From a virus (lineage: Duplodnaviria > Caudoviricetes): DNA of 59,824 nucleotides. Positions 40,601 through 46,533 of this stretch are shown piece after piece. Each line of letters starts with the position of its first letter. Positions within the stretch are counted from its first letter, which is position 1. The position numbers and the translations under genes were made by a program. The stretch is taken from positions 1-59,824 of the IMG/VR virus record IMGVR_UViG_3300017700_000824; one strand, 5' to 3'. The notes beneath the pieces are model-generated. The model searched no databases. It was not told the DNA's origin and saw only the letters and a list, made by a program, of their open reading frames with translations.

Positions 40601-41651
40601 AGCATTTGGAATAACAGCACATGCTGAAGGAGCAAGTACATTTGCACAAGGTGATTATTCACATGCTGAAGGTGGTGGTACAACAACATTAGGTAATTAT
40701 TCACATGCTGAAGGTACAACTACAACAGCAAGTGGAACAGCTGCACATGCTGAAGGTCAAAGTACAATAGCAAGCGGTGAAATGTCACACGCTGAAGGAT
40801 ATTTAACTAAAGCTAACGGTATTGGATGTCACTCTGAAGGTCAAGAAACAACAGCAGATGTTGATTATGCTCATGCTGAAGGTTACAGAACAACAGCAAA
40901 TAATCTTGGGTCACACTCTGAAGGATTATTAACAATAGCAAGTGGAGAATATTCACATGCTGAAGGTCAAAATACTCTTGCAAGTGGTGCTGCTACTCAT
41001 ACTGAAGGTGCTGGAACGACTGCATTTGGTAGTCAAAGTCATGCTGGTGGTGTTAATTCAATAGCAAATGGTGAATATTCATTTGTACATGGTCATACTT
41101 CAACTGCTGATGGTACGAATACAATTGTATTAGGTGCAAATATAACAGGTAATGTTGATGATACAACTTATGTTGACCAATTGAATATTAAAACAGTTGG
41201 TTCTACACCATTCTTTAATGATATTAGTATTGACAACAACGGTTTCTTAACAACAACGGTTTCTGATGTTAGATTAAAAGAAAACATTGAACCACTTACA
41301 AATGCTTTAGAAAAAATAAAAGCATTAAGAGGCGTTTCGTATCAATGGAAAGATAGAAGTTCTGGTGGTGATGCTGTGAAAATAGGTTTTATTGCACAAG
41401 AGGTTAATGAAGTTGATGATAGACTTACATTTGTACATAAAGAAACTGAATTAATGGGTATCCATAATAATAGCATCATACCATTATTGGTTGAGGCTGT
41501 TAAAGATATATCTGATAATGTTATACCTTATTATACACCAACATCATCTTTGGATGAAACTTATAAAGAAGGAAAACTTACACGTGATGATGATTATATT
41601 TATATAAAGAATAAAAATGAATGGAAACGTATCTTAATGGAGAGATTTTAA
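28665..41651 (+). CDS. Giant modular tail fibre/adhesin (4328 aa) with a C-terminal peptidase S74 intramolecular chaperone
   Basis: Four blocks of 14-aa SHAEG (YadA-head-like) repeats; ~29 ISATTYLNLPxDIRVTG repeats; GGTSTQFLKADGSVD fibre motif; C-terminal SDVRLKENI...LRGVSYQWKD...IGFIAQEV. Confidence 0.85.
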   Translation: MQFNTKLDYSNNRQIKQYPITFTSLSGATTFGLPYELLPSGPDLTTSGVAYSEFNLDSTFTGTTSAMTINWINPDMFLADGIFTPLTPLNSGVTQSSGVIFTTNTTGVTVDGNVYVSEYSGVSFDIIATEMIDLGGGIYSGIAHTNTLQYFSANTTDFTGRTIWVDVSGITRTNELIISKSPVIGYVWTCIDAEGKGAWGPASTASTDPSYWSASTGLNAIVVKNSNSLASGQYSLGEGRFTTASGNYSHAEGQGTTASGVGSHAQGQFTIASSTGSHAEGFQSQATGFTSHAEGFGSLAAGDFGSHAEGSGTKALGQGSHSEGNITTAIGANSHAEGYDTTAIGDFGSHAEGRETVASGETSHAEGYGTLAGGHSSHAGGQFSVANGHHSFVHGTGSTANGFGTVVLGDGITGTSNNTTYVNELNIKTIPAGTSVYNLGIDSNGYVIIGTSGSGSIFTGGTVTGPTNFMGGLTANTFSATTINSVSLSSTTISATTYLNLPVDIRVTGGTYNPINGVTTFTNNTGGTFTVNGAINFTGGTVDDLTANTLTVNSISSNTISATTYLNLPIDIRVTGGTYSNSVATFTNNTGGTFNVTGFSSTFTGGTVVGPTRFTNGLTANTLNVTGNTILNTLTATSISTPTISATTYLNLPVDIRVTGGTYNPINGITTFTNNTGGTFTVAGSVNFTGGTISNLVVTGSTVLNTLSANTLNVTGNTSLNILSANTLTVTGNTRLNSVTATTISATTYLNLPTDIRVTGATYNPINGITTFTNNTGGTFTHNGAINFSGGTVANLTANTLTVTGNTILNTLSATSISAPSISATTYLNLPIDVRVTGATYNSVNGISTFTNNTGGTFNVSGAVNFSGGTISDLVVTGSTVLNTLSANTISATTYLNLPIDIRVTGGTYNPVNGITTFTNNTGGTFNVSGAIVFTGGTIANLTVTGNTTLNTLNVTGATILNTLSATTISATTYLNLPIDIRVTGATYNPINGITTFTNNTGGTFTHNGAINFSGGTVINPTIFTNGLTSNTLNVTGNTRLNSVTATTISATTYLNLPIDIRVTGGTYNSINGVSTFTNNTGGTFNVTGFSTTFTGGTINDLTVTGNTILNTLSATTISTPTISATTYLNLPTDIRVTGGTYSNSVATFTNNTGGTFNVTGFSSTFTGGTIDNLVVTGNTILNSVTANTISTPSISATTYLNLPVDIRVTGGTYNPINGNTIFTNNTGGTFTVSGIVAFTGGTVVGPTTFTSGLTANTISTPTISATTYLNLPIDIRVTGATYNPINGITTFTNNTGGTFTHNGAINFTGGTVANLTVTGNTILNTLSANTISATTYLNLPIDIRVTGGTYNSVNGISTFVNNTGGTFNVNGAINFTGGTVGSITATSITSPTISATTYLNLPIDIRVTGATYNPINGITTFTNNTGGTFNVSGAIAFSGGTIANLTVTGNTILNTLSANTISTPSISATTYLNLPIDIRVTGATYNPINGITTFTNNTGGTFNVSGAVNFSGGTIGNLNVTGSTVLNTLTANTISTPSISATTYLNLPTDIRVTGGTYSNSVATFTNNTGGTFNVTGFSSNFTGGTIANLNVTGATVLNTLTATSISTPSISATTYLNLPVDIRVTGATYNSVNGITTFTNNTGGTFNVSGAVNFTGGTISNLTVTGATVLNTLSTNSISATTYLNLPVDIRVTGGTYNPINGITTFTNNTGGTFNVSGAINFSGGSVTSITANTISVGSISATTYLNLPVDIRVTGGTYSNSVATFTNNTGGTFNVTGFSTSFTGGTVVGPTIFTSGLTANTISTPSISATTYLNLPIDIRVTGATYNPINGNTTFTNNTGGTFTVSGVIAFTGGTIGNLTVTGATTLSTLTANTISTTSISATTYLNLPIDIRVTGATFNPINGITTFTNNTGGTFTVAGAINFTGGTVASLIVTGSTILNTLSATSISSPSISATTYLNLPTDIRVTGGTYNNGSAIFTNNTGGTFNVTGFSTSFTGGTVSNLTVTGGTVLNTLTANTISATTYLNLPVDIRVTGGTFNPINGNTIFTNNTGGTFTVAGAIAFSGGTISDLTVTGNTVLNTLTANTISATTYLNLPIDIRVTGGTFSNITGDATFTNNTGGTFSVVGLTSYWTGGSGTDAIVVRNSNSLASGILAVAEGSASTASGNYSHSEGFVTTASGSQSHAEGNQTTASGNTSHAEGFATRAFGNYSHAEGQQTTASGIRSHVEGNLSVAAGDSSHAEGVQTTATNEGGHAEGYQSKALGTASHSEGDRSTASGYASHAEGSGTTASGLYSHAEGFGNKATGFASHAEGINNLASNDSAHAEGSGTTAQAAYSHTEGQGTFANGSRAHAEGWMTSAIGRASHSEGNLTTAIGDNSHAEGGATTASGETSHAEGLSTTALGDYSHAEGRLTISRGAHSHAGGISSIASGTTSFVHGDSSIAGGINTIVLGANITGTSANTTYVDRFNIKTLPAGTSINNLGIDVNGNIIIGSTGNTFNGGTVTGATIFTSGLTANTISTPSISATTYLNLPVDIRVTGGTFNPINGNTIFTNNTGGTFTVAGAINFTGGTISNLTVTGATVLNTLTANSVSATTYLNLPIDIRVTGGTHVKSTGISTFTNNTGGTFNVSNYYTNNDDIRVTGGTYNSTTGIGTFTNNTGGTFNVSGFYTNNNDIRVTGATYNPINGITTFTNNTGGTFNVSGAINFSGGTIANLTVTGATVLNTLIATSITSPTISATTYLNLPIDIRVTGGTYNSVNGVSTFTNNTGGTFNVSGMTSYWSASTGTNAIVVKNSNSLASGPLSVAEGSATTASGNYSHTEGLFSLAVGNQSHVEGQFSTATGSTAHAEGINTRAFGNYSHTEGAVTTASGTASHAEGSGTTAAGEFSHSEGAFSRTSGLASHAEGGSSRAIGDYSHAEGFTTTSTGSWSHAEGFGSIAIGNASHSEGDSTTAIGNNSHAGGQLSIASGTTSFVHGVQSIANGSGTIVLGNNITGNSANTTYVNSFNVKNVPAGTSINNLGIDVNGNIIIGSTGNTFNGGIVTGATIFTNGITANTISATTYLNLPIDIRVTGGTFNPINGNTIFTNNTGGTFSVAGAINFTGGTIANLTVTGATVLNTLTANTISATTYLNLPVDIRVTGGTFNPINGNTIFTNNTGGTFTVAGAINFTGGTISNLTVTGNTILNTLTANTISATTITATAFIKSGGTSTQFLKADGSVDGNAYITNSGTTNFIPKIGSPTTLQNSIMSETGSTINVNGALRAISGGDPDSTTTAAYLSVSGGAARLSLTHSAATSNSRVADLVLFNGTVSLRFRNDAAVSSTTAYQVLGGYTNIGTHTWNIGNGVAAMTLLGTNGYLGHGTVAPAGQVHVSSLTGATVIIEADSDNSGENDNPLLLLRQDGNLVNGSFGMNGDANALYSGALVNAVFIEAKDTGTRNPIQLVTGGSVIGSGDGVARVTILGNGNTSVGSTGATSMFNVGTLNQFQVSSTGSVTATSINTPTISATTYLNLPIDIRVTGGTFSNITGNATFTNNTGGTFNVTGLTSYWTGGSGTDAIVQRNSKSIASNKLAVAEGSATTASGIYSHAEGYITTASGNYTHAEGGNTKATNQASHAEGESTTASGLYSHAEGTFTIANNQAGHAEGQLTQATGNLGAHAEGQSTFAQGESSHSEGKLTTAVGDYSHAEGTGTTALSTYSHAEGRGTVASGTTSHAEGVNTTAGGSNSHAEGQLSVTIGASSHAEGINTIALGIASHAEGQITQSNGHFSHAEGYASISSGDYSHAEGSSTLASGSHSHAEGISTTASGLYSHAEGNATKATGTTAHAEGTSTIAGGTYSHAEGSGTTASGSTSHAEGSGTTAQGDASYAGGIRTKAIGTASHAEGTGTTALGIYSHSEGSGTTAFGQASHAEGSGTIASGLTSHAEGSATTASGLYSHTEGTKSIASNFASHAEGSSTTASGIGSHSEGSFTIAFGITAHAEGASTFAQGDYSHAEGGGTTTLGNYSHAEGTTTTASGTAAHAEGQSTIASGEMSHAEGYLTKANGIGCHSEGQETTADVDYAHAEGYRTTANNLGSHSEGLLTIASGEYSHAEGQNTLASGAATHTEGAGTTAFGSQSHAGGVNSIANGEYSFVHGHTSTADGTNTIVLGANITGNVDDTTYVDQLNIKTVGSTPFFNDISIDNNGFLTTTVSDVRLKENIEPLTNALEKIKALRGVSYQWKDRSSGGDAVKIGFIAQEVNEVDDRLTFVHKETELMGIHNNSIIPLLVEAVKDISDNVIPYYTPTSSLDETYKEGKLTRDDDYIYIKNKNEWKRILMERF
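30141..35060 (+). repeat. Array of ~23 imperfect ~60-100-aa coding repeats (ISATTYLNLPxDIRVTGxTYNxxNGxxTFTNNTGGTF); about 6 more copies lie at 36250-39320
   Basis: Counted by eye from the translation; boundaries approximate. Confidence 0.9.
39438..41050 (+). repeat. Longest 42-bp-period SHAEG repeat block of the giant fibre (~37 units); other blocks at about 29409-29810, 35181-35950 and 37133-37570
   Basis: CATGCTGAAGG core recurs about every 42 bp; counts by eye. Confidence 0.9.
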
Positions 41652-41654
41652 TAA

Positions 41655-43433
41655 ATGGGTAACATAAAAAACTATAATTTCAATAAACTAAAACTTAATT
41701 TATCACATAGTGATTATTGGGATTTTTTCTTAGGTAATGATGAATATACACCTTCTAGTATTGATGTAATGACTGGTAGCTGTTTTGTTGTTTGGTATGA
41801 TTTCAATAATGTTTCCATCTATCCAAACAGTGCTACTACAGCTACTACTATTCATAGTCTTGTTACTTGGGATGATGCAGTAAATACTGGTTATACCTTA
41901 AATACTTTTGGTCTTACTGGTATTGACAATGGTTATATCCCATATATTAAGGATAATTTAGACCCAACAAATCAAAATTTAGTCGATTTGTTAACTGGAA
42001 GTACTTTATTAATTCCATCTGGTGATACTAGACTTACATTAAATTTAGTTAGTGGAAGTACCGAATCATTTGTTTATCCAACCCAGCGAATTATTGATGC
42101 AACACATGGTGATTATATGCAATTTTGTGGTGGTTTTTATCAAGGGTTCTATAAATTAGATGGATATAGTTATGAAGTTCTTCCAAATAGAGTAGAACAT
42201 GGTTGGGCTGCTGAGTTTTGGTTAAACCCACAAGATATATGTAGCGCAACAACAGCTACAACGCTTAACGATACATATCCCGATAACAAAGGAATGTTTT
42301 TTTATCTTGGTTCACGTGCTGAAAATAAATTTTGGAATAAATTTGAAGGTAATGACACTGGTTGTACTAGTGGTTGTACAACATCGTCTGCTTGTACTGG
42401 AACTGTTAGTACTTTTTGTACTGTTATTAAAGAAAATGAAGTTAGTATAATAGGTGATAATGGTTTTGCTATTCCTTTAGACCCACCTGCTGCTGAGTTT
42501 GAACTAATTACCAACACTTTCTTGATTTATGGTAGAGCGTATGATGCTAGCCAACCTATATTAACTGGTAATACTGGTGAATTTATTTTAACTGGAACTC
42601 CAAATACTATTGATGACTCTTGTTGTCATGTTGGTAGTTTAACTGGTCTTGGAACGAAGACAGTTTATAATTATGATGGTAATGGAATTATCATTAAAAA
42701 TGTTGATAAGGTAGAACCAACAACAAATCCTTTTTTAATTTATGGTAGAGGTGCTGGTATTATTAGTGGATGTACTTGTGGTTGCTGTGGACCACAGGAT
42801 GGTTTAGGAAATCAAACGATTTGTAGTTATACTGGTAATACAGTAACACAAGATGAAATAGATTATAATTTTGATGTTATTGATAACGCTTTAGGTTTTA
42901 GAATAAAAGATGATGGAAGTATTGGGTACCGATTATTAATGATGACTGGCTCTTGTAATGCTGATGATACTGTTTACACAAGTGGAGTTACAATTCAAGA
43001 AGAATATTCAAGTAGTGGTATGGTACCATCAAATATTTGGTCATATGTTGTTATTCGATTTGTTACAGATTTTAAAGAAGGATGTGATTTACAAAATTCA
43101 AAACCACGACTAGGTAAATTAATGTTTTATGTTAATGGATATTTAAAATTTGTTGTTGAAGAATTTCCTGAATTTATTGGAAGACGTTTAAATGAATATA
43201 AAGATAAACAAATGGGTGTTCCATTTAACATTAGTTTAGGTGGTGGTAGTCAAGGGTTACTTGAAAGTCAAACATTTGATGGTTTAGATATGGCTGATAG
43301 AGGTTTACCTATAGAAGATAATTTTGCTGGTAGTTTTATTGGTGGGATATCTCAATTCAAGTTTAATATTTGTGACTTACCATATGCTAAGATTAAAAAT
43401 AACTACTTATTAGATAAAAATAGATATTTATAA
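41655..43433 (+). CDS. Cys-rich putative virion protein, possibly with a LamG/ConA-like fold
   Basis: GWAAEFWL...WSYVVIRF...LMFYVNG...SFIGGISQFKF resemble LamG strands; lies between the two fibre genes. Confidence 0.55.
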   Translation: MGNIKNYNFNKLKLNLSHSDYWDFFLGNDEYTPSSIDVMTGSCFVVWYDFNNVSIYPNSATTATTIHSLVTWDDAVNTGYTLNTFGLTGIDNGYIPYIKDNLDPTNQNLVDLLTGSTLLIPSGDTRLTLNLVSGSTESFVYPTQRIIDATHGDYMQFCGGFYQGFYKLDGYSYEVLPNRVEHGWAAEFWLNPQDICSATTATTLNDTYPDNKGMFFYLGSRAENKFWNKFEGNDTGCTSGCTTSSACTGTVSTFCTVIKENEVSIIGDNGFAIPLDPPAAEFELITNTFLIYGRAYDASQPILTGNTGEFILTGTPNTIDDSCCHVGSLTGLGTKTVYNYDGNGIIIKNVDKVEPTTNPFLIYGRGAGIISGCTCGCCGPQDGLGNQTICSYTGNTVTQDEIDYNFDVIDNALGFRIKDDGSIGYRLLMMTGSCNADDTVYTSGVTIQEEYSSSGMVPSNIWSYVVIRFVTDFKEGCDLQNSKPRLGKLMFYVNGYLKFVVEEFPEFIGRRLNEYKDKQMGVPFNISLGGGSQGLLESQTFDGLDMADRGLPIEDNFAGSFIGGISQFKFNICDLPYAKIKNNYLLDKNRYL

Positions 43434-43446
43434 ATAAAAAAATACG

Positions 43447-45759
43447 ATGAATAATAACCTAATATTACGAACATTAGAAAGCCCTTTTAATGATAACACT
43501 AAACATAATGTTCTAAGTCAAGCTGATGTTGATAATAATTTTATTTATTTAAAAGGACAACTAATATATTCAGCAAATTCTTCTGATGGAATTGTTAATT
43601 TAGTTAAATACAATGGTGAAGCAATAACATTTAGTGGAGGTTCGAATTCTAATTTTTGGACTAGTGGTTCATCTGGTAATTATTCTATTATGGCTATTAA
43701 TGATAGTACTTTGGATGCCACTGGTGATTATTCATATGCTGAAGGGAATTCAACAACAGCTGCTGGTAGTTCATCACACGCTGAAGGTTATCAAACAATA
43801 GCTAGTGCTAATTATGCACATAGTGAAGGTCAAACAACTATAGCTGCTGGTCAAGCCTCACACGCTGAAGGAAATGGTTCAACTGCCAGTGGTGCATTCA
43901 GTCACGCTGAAGGTTTACAAACAAAAGCTACTAGTAATTTTGCACACGCTGAAGGTCAGCAAACAACTGCTTCTAATACTGGTGCACATGCTGAAGGTGG
44001 TGGTACAAGTGCATCTGGTACTTATGCACATGCTGAAGGTAGTAGTACTACTTCATCTGGTTTTGGTAGTCATTCAGAAGGAAATACAACAATAGCATCT
44101 GGTGATACATCACATGCCGAAGGAAATTCAACGATAGCTGGTGGTGCATATTCACATGCTGAAGGTCAAGGTTCAAGAGCTTTAGGTCAGATGAGTCATG
44201 CTGAAGGTAATGCAACAACAGCGTTAGGTCAATCTAGTCATGCTGAAGGTCAAAATACAACAGCTAGTGGTGTTACATCACATGCTGAAGGTATTTTTAC
44301 AACAGCTGGTAATTACGGTAGCCATGCTGAAGGTAATGGGACACTAGCTGTTGGTCAATCAACACACGCTGAAGGTCAAAATACAAAAGCTATTGGTAAT
44401 TTTTCACATAGTGAAGGTACTAATACATCAGCTATTGGAATATCAAGTCATGCTGAAGGACAAGGTACCTACGCATCTGGTTCAACAAGTCATGCTGAAG
44501 GTTTTAATACAATAGCAGTTGGTGATTATTCACATGCTGAAGGTAGTAGTACAACGACTATTGGTTTAATTAGTCATACCGAAGGTAGTTTTACAACTGC
44601 TATTGGGTTAACAGCACATGCTGAAGGGGCTAGTACAATAGCTCAAGGAGATTATAGTCATGCTGAAGGTGGGGGTTCAATTGCATTAGGTGATTACTCA
44701 CATAGTGAAGGTAATACTACAATAGCATCTGGTGCTGCTAGTCACTCTGAAGGTTATTTAACCATAGCATCTGGTGTTACATCACATGCTGAAGGTCGTG
44801 AAACAACAGCATTAAGTGATTATTCACATAGTGAAGGTCACAAAACACTAGCAAGTGGTGTTGCAAGTCACGCTGAAGGTGATGGAACAATAGCATTAGG
44901 TAATAACAGTCATGCTGAAGGATATATTACATCAGCAAATGGTCCATATAGTCATACAGAAGGTCAATTTACAATTGCAAATGGTGAATCGAGTCATGCT
45001 GAAGGTAATGCGACAGCCACTGGTGCTTTTGCGAGTCATGCTGAAGGTAGTGGAACATATACTAATGGTGATTCTAGTCATGCTGAAGGTGAAACAACGA
45101 TAACTTTTGGTAGAGCTAGTCATGCTGAAGGTAGTGGAACAACTGCACAAGGCGATTTCAGTCATGCTGAAGGTAATTTAACGATTAGTAGTGGTATTGC
45201 AAGTCACTCAGAAGGTCAATTAACAACTGCTATTAGCGATTCCAGTCATAGTGAAGGTCTCCTTACAACAGCATTAGGTGTTGCAAGTCACGCTGAAGGT
45301 GCTAGTACCACAGCAAGTGGTACTAGAGCGCATAGTGAAGGTGACCAAACGATAGCAAGTGGTGATGTATCACACGCTGAAGGTGGAAATACAATAGCAG
45401 CTGGTGGAAGTAGTCATGCTGAAGGTGCTTTAACAACAGCTATTGGTGACACAAGTCATGCTGAAGGTAATCAAACGACAGCTATTGGTCATTCAAGTCA
45501 TGCTGGTGGTTATAATACCGTAGCTACTGGTGATTATTCTTTTGTGTCTGGTTCTGGTTCATCAGCAAATGGAATAGGAACAGTAGTATTAGGTGGTGGT
45601 ATAACAGGAACAAAAGATAACACTATTTACGTTCCTAATTTGGTTATAACAAATATTAATAGCTATGTTGATGATGCGTCAGCTGATGCAGATACTAATT
45701 TAGATTCTGGTGAATTTTATTTATTAGATGGAAGTAGAATAGTTTATAGAAAACCATAA
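43447..45759 (+). CDS. Second SHAEG-repeat fibre/adhesin protein (770 aa)
   Basis: N-terminal LSQADVDNNFIYL (virion-attachment-like), ~41 SHAEG repeats, and the same end-cap module as the giant fibre. TATTTATA at 43425-43432. Confidence 0.8.
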   Translation: MNNNLILRTLESPFNDNTKHNVLSQADVDNNFIYLKGQLIYSANSSDGIVNLVKYNGEAITFSGGSNSNFWTSGSSGNYSIMAINDSTLDATGDYSYAEGNSTTAAGSSSHAEGYQTIASANYAHSEGQTTIAAGQASHAEGNGSTASGAFSHAEGLQTKATSNFAHAEGQQTTASNTGAHAEGGGTSASGTYAHAEGSSTTSSGFGSHSEGNTTIASGDTSHAEGNSTIAGGAYSHAEGQGSRALGQMSHAEGNATTALGQSSHAEGQNTTASGVTSHAEGIFTTAGNYGSHAEGNGTLAVGQSTHAEGQNTKAIGNFSHSEGTNTSAIGISSHAEGQGTYASGSTSHAEGFNTIAVGDYSHAEGSSTTTIGLISHTEGSFTTAIGLTAHAEGASTIAQGDYSHAEGGGSIALGDYSHSEGNTTIASGAASHSEGYLTIASGVTSHAEGRETTALSDYSHSEGHKTLASGVASHAEGDGTIALGNNSHAEGYITSANGPYSHTEGQFTIANGESSHAEGNATATGAFASHAEGSGTYTNGDSSHAEGETTITFGRASHAEGSGTTAQGDFSHAEGNLTISSGIASHSEGQLTTAISDSSHSEGLLTTALGVASHAEGASTTASGTRAHSEGDQTIASGDVSHAEGGNTIAAGGSSHAEGALTTAIGDTSHAEGNQTTAIGHSSHAGGYNTVATGDYSFVSGSGSSANGIGTVVLGGGITGTKDNTIYVPNLVITNINSYVDDASADADTNLDSGEFYLLDGSRIVYRKP

Positions 45760-45802
45760 CTTTTATCTGTATAGCTGATATTTATAATAAACATTAAAAC
45801 AT

Positions 45803-46042
45803 ATGATATTCGAAGTTAAAAACGTAGAGATTCTTGGTGGTACAAGAGCAAAAGATGAAAATAATTCAACACAAATGTTAAGTATTTTTGTTGGAGTAGT
45901 AGGTTGTCCTTATTCTGATATATTTGCTAATAGAGTTGTTGAGTATGAGTTTTCAAATTCAATGAGTATTCAAACAGTTAAAGACGGTATTCCAGAGTTT
46001 GCTGCTAATTGGGTTACTGAAAATTATCCAGAAATAATTTAA
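45803..46042 (+). CDS. Small hypothetical protein
   Basis: 79-aa ORF with TATTTATA at 45779-45786. Confidence 0.6.
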   Translation: MIFEVKNVEILGGTRAKDENNSTQMLSIFVGVVGCPYSDIFANRVVEYEFSNSMSIQTVKDGIPEFAANWVTENYPEII

Positions 46043-46046
46043 AACA

Positions 46047-46421
46047 ATGATTTTTAATATTAATAAACATTCTACATTACCTGTTCTAAAAATGGAGTTA
46101 ATAAATGATGGTCGAAATGATTTTCATAAATTCCACGAGTCAATTCAAAACGCTAATATTTATTTCACCATGACAAATGTTGTTACAGGTGTTAAAATAA
46201 TTGCGAAAAAAGTTGCAGGTATTCAATTAGTGGAACCACAAAATGATTGCGTTGGGGATGAATATTATATTATTTATCAATTTAGTGAAAAAGAAACATC
46301 CACTGCTGGAAATTATGTTGGTAAATTTACTATTGAATTTCTTGATGGTTCTGGTACCCTAATCATGCCAATTTATGAGTCATTATATATTAATATTTTA
46401 GAAGGAGATATTAAAAAATAA
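46047..46421 (+). CDS. BppU-N-like (baseplate upper protein-like) Ig-fold protein
   Basis: FNINKHSTLPVLKMEL...YFTM...YQFSEKETSTAGNYVGKFTIEF pattern. Confidence 0.55.
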   Translation: MIFNINKHSTLPVLKMELINDGRNDFHKFHESIQNANIYFTMTNVVTGVKIIAKKVAGIQLVEPQNDCVGDEYYIIYQFSEKETSTAGNYVGKFTIEFLDGSGTLIMPIYESLYINILEGDIKK

Positions 46422-46426
46422 CTCTA

Positions 46427-46517
46427 TTACTTGCAATATTCAAAATTTATTGGTAACTTTGTAACATACAAAGTTAAAAAAATTACTTGTCATATCTAGT
46501 TTTTTTCAGTATCTTTG
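46427..46517 (+). promoter_or_regulatory. Two tandem Bacteroidota-type promoters upstream of the DNA polymerase
   Basis: TTACTTG(46427-46433)-N20-TAACTTTG(46454-46461) and TTACTTG(46483-46489)-N20-TATCTTTG(46510-46517). Confidence 0.7.
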
Positions 46518-46533
46518 CTTAAAATTAGCAAAT

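Noticed and set aside
39438-41050. Ice-nucleation protein similarity (G/S/T/A-rich repeats)
   Set aside because: The period is 14 aa with HxEG, not the 16-aa AGYGST/TxT pattern; the S74 chaperone and gene context indicate a phage fibre.
29409-45510. CRISPR-like array (CATGCTGAAGG about every 42 bp)
   Set aside because: The repeats are in-frame, vary at synonymous positions and encode SHAEG protein repeats; the constant part is too short and no cas genes are present.
28665-45759. Diversity-generating retroelement or invertase shufflon acting on the fibres
   Set aside because: No reverse transcriptase or recombinase in the window, no adenine-specific TR/VR pair seen, and no inverted cassettes.
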